NCBI GenBank assembly: GCA_016214555.1
Contig: JACROF010000012.1
Span: 4,343 to 68,342, forward strand
Reading direction: 5' to 3'
Length of the DNA stretch: 64,000 nucleotides
Origin: Candidatus Levyibacteriota bacterium
GTDB taxonomy: Bacteria; Patescibacteriota; Microgenomatia; Levybacterales; UBA12049
Position 1 is the stretch's first letter, and every line of letters starts with the position of its first letter. Below, piece after piece: positions 58,915 through 64,000 of the stretch. The notes under the pieces are model-generated. The model was not told where the DNA came from, did no database searches, and saw only the letters and a list, made by a program, of their open reading frames with translations. Position numbers and translations under genes: made by a program.

Positions 58915-59781
58915 ATGCAAATGACAATATTGCAGACAAGTGGATGGGATAACTATGAACTTTTGGATAGTGGGAATGGATATAGACTAGAACGATTTGG
59001 TAAATATCAGATTGCAAAACCCGACCCGCAGGCAATTTGGTTGCCTCGACTTCCAAAATCTGACTGGGGGGAAGCGGATGCTATTTTTGAAAAAAAAGAT
59101 GGGAAAGAGGGTTGGATTAAAAAGGGAGAAATTCCTGAAAAATGGGAAGTAACATATAAAGACATAAAATTTTTTGCTAAGTTAGCACCATTTAAACATA
59201 CTGGGATTTTTCCTGAGCAGCATCTTAATTGGGATTTCATCTCTGAGAAGATATCATCACGCAAAGAGTCTGTGGCAGTACTTAATTTATTTGGTTACAC
59301 GGGGATCGCATCGTTAGTGGCTGCTGCTTTTGGTGCGAAAGTGACTCATGTTGATGCTTCTAAATCATCAATAGCTTGGGCAAGGGATAATCAGATGGCA
59401 TCTCATCTTGAAGATAGGCCAATACGGTGGATATTGGATGATGCTGTAAAATTTGTTGCTCGCGAAATTCGTCGTGGTAATCACTATGAGGGCATAATTA
59501 TGGATCCACCAATTTATGGTCATGGCCCACACGGGGAGTTGTGGGATTTTTCAAAAAGTTTTCCTGAGTTAGTAAAGTTATGCTCTGAGCTTTTGTCATC
59601 AAAGTCTTTATTTTTTCTTATCAACGCTTATGCGATTTCTTCGTCTGCAATTATGTTGCATAACGTGCTTAGAGACTATCTTCCAAATGGTAATATAGAG
59701 GTTGGTGAATTGGCAATTAAGGAAAAAAATAACAGTGAACGGATGTTGTCTACAGGGATTTTTGCTCGCTGGACTTTATAG
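58915..59781 (+). CDS. class I SAM-dependent methyltransferase (RlmI/COG1092-like MTase domain, DPPIYG motif)
   Basis: LNLFGYTGIASLVAAAFGAKVTHVDAS motif I and IMDPPIYG motif IV. Confidence 0.6.
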   Translation: MQMTILQTSGWDNYELLDSGNGYRLERFGKYQIAKPDPQAIWLPRLPKSDWGEADAIFEKKDGKEGWIKKGEIPEKWEVTYKDIKFFAKLAPFKHTGIFPEQHLNWDFISEKISSRKESVAVLNLFGYTGIASLVAAAFGAKVTHVDASKSSIAWARDNQMASHLEDRPIRWILDDAVKFVAREIRRGNHYEGIIMDPPIYGHGPHGELWDFSKSFPELVKLCSELLSSKSLFFLINAYAISSSAIMLHNVLRDYLPNGNIEVGELAIKEKNNSERMLSTGIFARWTL

Positions 59782-59784
59782 TTT

Positions 59785-59857
59785 GTCGGGGATCGGGGAG
59801 TTGAACCCCAGTCTCACGGCCCCCAGCCGCGAATTCTACCGTTAAACTAATCCCCGT
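59785..59857 (-). tRNA. tRNA-Pro (anticodon GGG)
   Basis: minus-strand cloverleaf: 7-bp acceptor CGGGGAT/ATCCCCG, D-arm with GG, anticodon stem CGCGG/CCGTG with loop CTGGGGG (U33, GGG, G37), T-loop TTCAACT, discriminator A; CCA not encoded; coordinates within about 2 nt. Confidence 0.75.
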
Positions 59858-59987
59858 TTTCTCCAAGTGATTGTATCAAAGCATGTATCATAAGTCATCA
59901 GCAGGATGTAATTATTTTTATGATACAGATTGCATTAGTATGACTTCTTGTAAAAAACACGAAAGATATTTATTATAGTTTAATACT

Positions 59988-61097
59988 ATGGCTCGTTCTT
60001 CAAATAATTCTAAATCTTCTAGTATTGTTCAGCCTCACTCCGATAATGCAAAAAAACTTGAATCAATAAAAATGGCGATGGATCAGATTGAAAAGCAGTA
60101 TGGTCGAGGGTCAATTATGCGATTTGGAGAAGCAGCCGGAAAACTCGATATATCAGTTGTTTCAACAGGATGTTTACCCCTTGATTTAGCACTTGGCGTT
60201 GGTGGTCTGCCACGTGGGAGAATTATTGAAATATATGGTCCTGAAGCATCGGGAAAAACAACAGTTTGCTTGTCAACAATTGCTCAGGCGCAAAAGCATG
60301 GAGGCATCGTTGCGTTTATTGATGCTGAACATGCACTTGATCCATTATGGGCAGAGAGAATTGGAGTAAAACTTGACGAGCTTTTGATATCTCAACCCGA
60401 TACGGGAGAGCAGGCTTTGGAAATTGCAGAAAGTTTGGTAAGAAGTGGAGGCGTAGATGTATTAGTTATCGATTCAGTTGCGGCGCTTGTTCCTCGTGCA
60501 GAGATTGAGGGGGAGATGGGGGATGCGGTTGTTGGACTTCAAGCTAGACTTATGTCTCAAGCTCTTCGTAAGTTGACTGCGGTGATTTCAAAATCAAAAA
60601 CAGTGGTTATCTTTACTAATCAACTTCGACAAAAAATAGGAATTATGTTTGGTAATCCAGAGACAACAACAGGCGGATTAGCTCTTAAATTTTATGCATC
60701 AGTAAGAATGGATATTCGAAAGATTGAAACAATCAAAGATGGTGATAGAGCAATTGGCTCTCGACACAGGGTGAAGGTTGTTAAAAATAAAGTCTCAACT
60801 CCATTTAGGATTGCTGAGTTTGATGTTTTTGCAGAAGGAATTTCAAGAGAGGGAGGCATATTAGACGTTGGTGTTGAAATGAACGTTATAAATAAATCAG
60901 GAGCATTTTTTAGATACAACGAACAAATGATTGGACAAGGAAAAGCAGCAGCAATAGAATGGCTGAAGGAAAACCAAAATGAGACTAAAAAAATTGTTCA
61001 GGAAATCATGAGTAGAAGTAAAGATGGCGGTATGCCAGTTGAAGTTGGCGTAGAGGAAAATGAAGACAGCGATGAAGAATCAACTCCTACTCCATAA
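59988..61097 (+). CDS. recA: recombinase RecA
   Basis: GPEASGKTT Walker A, RecA L1/L2 regions; 369 aa with acidic C-terminal tail. Confidence 0.95.
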   Translation: MARSSNNSKSSSIVQPHSDNAKKLESIKMAMDQIEKQYGRGSIMRFGEAAGKLDISVVSTGCLPLDLALGVGGLPRGRIIEIYGPEASGKTTVCLSTIAQAQKHGGIVAFIDAEHALDPLWAERIGVKLDELLISQPDTGEQALEIAESLVRSGGVDVLVIDSVAALVPRAEIEGEMGDAVVGLQARLMSQALRKLTAVISKSKTVVIFTNQLRQKIGIMFGNPETTTGGLALKFYASVRMDIRKIETIKDGDRAIGSRHRVKVVKNKVSTPFRIAEFDVFAEGISREGGILDVGVEMNVINKSGAFFRYNEQMIGQGKAAAIEWLKENQNETKKIVQEIMSRSKDGGMPVEVGVEENEDSDEESTPTP

Positions 61098-61102
61098 GGG
61101 TC

Positions 61103-61585
61103 ATGGACCACTTTGAAAATTATTTTACTCTTGCTATTAGACTTCTTGCGAGACGATCTCGTTCAAAAAAAGAATTGATTGATTATCTTAGAAAAAAGAA
61201 AGCCCCAGAAGAAGTTATTGCTAGTGTTTTATCAAAGCTTGAAGAGAAAAAATTCCAAAGCGATGAGGATTTTACTAGATGGTGGGTTGAACAGAGGATT
61301 CGATTTCGATCTAAAAGCGATAGAGCTATTACTGCTGAGCTCTTGCAAAAAGGAATAGAAAAAGATTTGATAAAAAAAATACTCAATGAATTTAATGATA
61401 GTGGGCAAACAGATCTTGCAAAAGCAAAAAAAGTTGTTGAAAAAAAGATTAAGAAATATCAGTCTTTATCAAAAGAACAACAATATCATAAGTTGGGCTT
61501 TATGCTTGCGAGGATGGGGTATAGCTGGGAGACAATTAGACAAGCAATTGACGCATATTACCAAAGAGACTATAATACGGAGTAG
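61103..61585 (+). CDS. recX: RecA regulator RecX
   Basis: 160 aa helical-repeat protein immediately downstream of recA; RecX-like sequence. Confidence 0.7.
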   Translation: MDHFENYFTLAIRLLARRSRSKKELIDYLRKKKAPEEVIASVLSKLEEKKFQSDEDFTRWWVEQRIRFRSKSDRAITAELLQKGIEKDLIKKILNEFNDSGQTDLAKAKKVVEKKIKKYQSLSKEQQYHKLGFMLARMGYSWETIRQAIDAYYQRDYNTE

Positions 61586-61672
61586 AGTAGCAAGAAAACT
61601 GTTACGACCCGTGATATGAAAATTAGCTCATACTCACATGTAGTAATCCAATAAGGGCTTAGGGCCTTCTTC

Positions 61673-62962
61673 TTGTCGCTCCCAAAAAATATGTCAGACT
61701 CACATCAGCAAGATCTACTTGCTTTAGAAAAAAAATTATTAGAACGCCAAGAAAAACTAGAGGCAAAACAAGAGCAGCTTGATTCAGATAAGGAAGCCCT
61801 TGATGAGAAAAGGCAAAAGTATATCTCAAAGCTTGAAGATGTTTCAGGATTGACTCGCGAAGAAGCAAAAAAAATGCTTATCGAAGAGACTGAAAAGGAT
61901 GCTTCTTCTATGATTGCCAAAATTATTAAGGAGAAAGAAGAAGAAGCAAAGGCAACTGCTGATCAAAAAGCTCGTGAGATCCTTGTCGATTCCATGAGGC
62001 ATGGAGCTCTTGACTATATTGCAGAGTACACAGTAACTGTTGTAAGAGTGCCTGATGAGGAAATGAAGGGTCGTATTATAGGAAAGGAAGGTCGTAACAT
62101 TAGGGCTTTTGAACAGGCTACTGGCGTTGATGTAGACCTTGATGAGGAAGGTATAATAAGGCTCTCCTCATTTGATAGTGTTCGAAGAGAGGTGGCGAGA
62201 CAATCTCTTGAAAAACTTCTTAAAGATACCCGCATTCAGCCTTTTCGCATAGAGGAGATAGTCGAACAGACTAGAAAAGAGTTGGAAAAAATAATGCTTG
62301 ATGAAGGGCAGAAGTTGGCGGCAGAAGTTGGCGTATACAATTTACCCTCTGAAATCTACCAAACACTAGGACGATTTAAGTTTAGAACTTCTTTTGGTCA
62401 GAATCTTGTTGTTCATACTCTCGAGGAGACAAAAATAGGAATTCAAATTGCATCAGAAATTGGTGCAGATGTAAATGTGGTAAGACTTGGGTGTCTTTTT
62501 CATGATATTGGTAAAGTTGTTGAGGGTGAAGGAAGTCATGTAAAGCTTGGAGTTGAGTATCTCAACCGTTTTAATCTTCCAGAGACTGTTGTTAATTGCG
62601 TTGCTGAGCATCATGAGGACAAGCCATTTTCATCCGTTGAGTCAGTTATTGTTCATATAGCCGATGCTATCTCGGGCGCAAGGCCGGGAGCCCGTTTTGA
62701 AGATATTGAGAATTACGCTAAGAGACTGAAAGAGATGGAAGAAATTGCAAAAAGATATGAAGGAGTTGAGGATGCTTATGCGTTTGAAGCTGGTAGAGAG
62801 CTTCGTGTAATTATTAATCCGGGAAAACTAGATGATTCACAAACCATAATTTTGTCTAAAAAAATTCAAGAGGAAGTAAGTAGAGCGTTAGCAGTGCCAG
62901 GAGAGGTAAAGGTTACAGCAATCCGTGAATTTCGATCAGTATATCCTGAACATACTATTTAA
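61673..62962 (+). CDS. rny: ribonuclease Y-like (coiled-coil + KH + HD domains, no N-terminal TM)
   Basis: KH motif IIGKEGRNIRAFEQATGVDV; HD domain LFHDIGK...HHED; N-terminal coiled coil; 429 aa. Confidence 0.7.
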   Translation: MSLPKNMSDSHQQDLLALEKKLLERQEKLEAKQEQLDSDKEALDEKRQKYISKLEDVSGLTREEAKKMLIEETEKDASSMIAKIIKEKEEEAKATADQKAREILVDSMRHGALDYIAEYTVTVVRVPDEEMKGRIIGKEGRNIRAFEQATGVDVDLDEEGIIRLSSFDSVRREVARQSLEKLLKDTRIQPFRIEEIVEQTRKELEKIMLDEGQKLAAEVGVYNLPSEIYQTLGRFKFRTSFGQNLVVHTLEETKIGIQIASEIGADVNVVRLGCLFHDIGKVVEGEGSHVKLGVEYLNRFNLPETVVNCVAEHHEDKPFSSVESVIVHIADAISGARPGARFEDIENYAKRLKEMEEIAKRYEGVEDAYAFEAGRELRVIINPGKLDDSQTIILSKKIQEEVSRALAVPGEVKVTAIREFRSVYPEHTI

Positions 62963-63071
62963 AATTTCTTATTAGATTGATATAGCAAAACAATCTCTTG
63001 ACAAGGCCTCATTTTCCCTGTACCTTAGATCTAAACACGCATTTTTGTATCAAAAAGAGGAGGTGATTTAT

Positions 63072-63344
63072 TTGACAAAAAAAGACTTAATTGAAGTTGT
63101 AGCTAAAAAATCAAATTTAACCAATAAGGCTGCTCGAGACTCTGTCCAAACAGTGCTAAATACTATTCGAGACTCTCTGAAAAGAGGAGAGAAGGTTGTG
63201 TTAACTGGTTTTGGAACATTTAGTGTAAGAAGTAGAGCTCAGAGAGTGGGTCGCAATCCCAAGACAGGTGAAAGAATTACTCTGTCAGCAAGAAAGGCGC
63301 CAGGGTTTACTCCCGGAAAGACTTTTAAGAAAGCGATCCGTTGA
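63072..63344 (+). CDS. hup: DNA-binding protein HU (probable TTG start)
   Basis: MTKKDLIEVVAKK...GFGTFSVRSRAQRVGRNPKTGERI; GAGGAGGTGA RBS 7 nt upstream of TTG at 63072; the ORF track extends to an ATG at 63045. Confidence 0.8.
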   Translation: MTKKDLIEVVAKKSNLTNKAARDSVQTVLNTIRDSLKRGEKVVLTGFGTFSVRSRAQRVGRNPKTGERITLSARKAPGFTPGKTFKKAIR

Positions 63345-63361
63345 GTGTTGATTTGATTCAA

Positions 63362-63398
63362 AAAGAGGGAGTTCCGCTACGCGGAATTGCCTCTTTTT
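63362..63398 (+). terminator. rho-independent terminator after hup
   Basis: about 16-bp stem (AAAGAGGGAGTTCCGC / GCGGAATTGCCTCTTT, 2 mismatches), 3-nt loop, followed by T-run. Confidence 0.6.
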
Positions 63399-63415
63399 GT
63401 TATATAATGAAGGAA

Positions 63416-64000
63416 TGGCAGTCATTGTAACTGATCATTTGTCAAAACATTATCAGGTGCATAAGAAAGAGCCAGGATTTATTGGTTCAATCAAGTCATT
63501 ATTTTCACGAAAATACGAAACAGTAAAAGCAGTTGACGATGTCTCTTTTTCAATAAACGAAGGTGAGGTTGTTGGATTTATTGGTCCGAACGGAGCTGGG
63601 AAAACGACAACATTAAAATGCTTATCTGGCCTTCTCTATCCTACAAAAGGTAAGGTTTCTGTATTGGATTTTATCCCATTTAACAGGAAGTCGGCATTTC
63701 TTAAGCAGATATCGCTTGTTATGGGTCAAAAGAACCAACTTTGGTGGGATCTTCCAGCAATGGACACATTTTTATTGAACAAGGAGATTTATCAGATTCC
63801 CACAGGGCAATTTGAGAAGGTTTTGGGAGATTTATCAGATCGTCTAGGTGTTAAAGATATTCTTCATATTCCTGTACGGAAGTTGTCTTTGGGTCAAAGA
63901 ATGAAGATGGAGTTAATTGCCTCACTTCTTCATTCGCCGAAGGTTTTATTTCTTGATGAGCCGACAATAGGACTTGATGTTGTAATGCAAAAAACCATAA
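63416..64000 (+). CDS. ABC transporter ATP-binding protein (partial, runs off window end)
   Basis: GPNGAGKTT Walker A, Q-loop, LSLGQRMKMEL signature, LFLDEP Walker B; no stop before window end. Confidence 0.8.

Noticed and set aside
58862-59056. N-terminal 65 codons of ORF 58370..59056 (FKBP)
   Set aside because: This would overlap the opposite-strand methyltransferase gene by about 140 nt. The FKBP protein begins plausibly at internal MKRIIFF with a TM anchor. My hand count around 58800-58861 disagreed with the ORF track by 1 nt, so the exact start is +/-1-2 nt.
59858-59987. Possible LexA/Cheo-box operator upstream of recA
   Set aside because: No convincing match to CGAACRNRYGTTYC or to the Gram-negative CTGT-N8-ACAG box in the 130-bp region; only AT-rich promoter-like sequence.
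1-64000. CRISPR arrays, IS elements, integrases, rRNA genes
   Set aside because: No direct-repeat/spacer periodicity, no terminal inverted repeats flanking a transposase-like ORF, no recombinase motifs and no rRNA-like sequence were seen. The only foreign-looking block (27.5-30.56 kb) lacks a recognisable integrase or attachment-site direct repeats at its borders.

Overview
This is a low-GC bacterial chromosome segment (about 33-37% GC by hand count, ribosomal genes about 42-45%). It is compact, with many 1-10 nt gene overlaps, and looks Patescibacteria/CPR-like: there is no rpmD (L30) between rpsE and rplO, ribosomal proteins carry lineage-specific extensions, peptidoglycan genes are Gram-positive-like (FemAB, LCP), and there are many polytopic membrane proteins that I read as GT-C glycosyltransferase-like on weak evidence (one shared HPDER motif plus general topology) plus type IV pilus PilN/PilO-like genes.

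Layout of the window:
- 0-11.7 kb: housekeeping genes (msrA, truB, rnhA with a Zn-ribbon, uvrD/pcrA, tpiA, LCP, FemAB-like).
- 12.0-23.4 kb: a block that is all on the minus strand, which I read as a cell-surface/glycosylation locus. It holds a 739-aa membrane protein, a HAD hydrolase, an NAD-epimerase, two tandem paralogous GT-C-like proteins, an FAD oxidoreductase, a PT-rich anchored FN3/Ig-like surface protein and pilO/pilN-like genes.
- 23.5-25.6 kb: fusA, transcribed on its own.
- 25.7-27.5 kb: accessory genes (PIG-L deacetylase, GH18-like protein).
- 27.5-30.56 kb: a compositionally foreign island of three minus-strand genes at about 50-53% GC. They encode a J-domain::Ser/Thr kinase fusion, a vWA/MIDAS protein and a pyruvate-kinase-like barrel protein. 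This is the strongest candidate for an undescribed system in the window.
- 30.9-48.8 kb: tuf-rpsJ, then the S10, spc and alpha operons (rplC through rplO, secY, adk, cmk, map, infA, rpmJ, rpsM, rpsK, rpsD, rpoA, rplQ, rplM, rpsI).
- 48.9-64.0 kb: hypothetical membrane proteins, a class A beta-lactamase-like protein, obg, a DUF2207 gene split by a frameshift, a triple Zn-ribbon YrdD-like protein, NUDIX, hflX, an FKBP PPIase, a SAM methyltransferase, tRNA-Pro(GGG), recA, recX, RNase Y-like, HU and a partial ABC ATPase.

I found no CRISPR array, no rRNA and no obvious transposase or integrase. In one place (about 58.8 kb) my base-by-base reading and the ORF track disagreed by one nucleotide, so coordinates I derived by hand (internal starts, the tRNA, hairpins) may be off by 1-2 nt.
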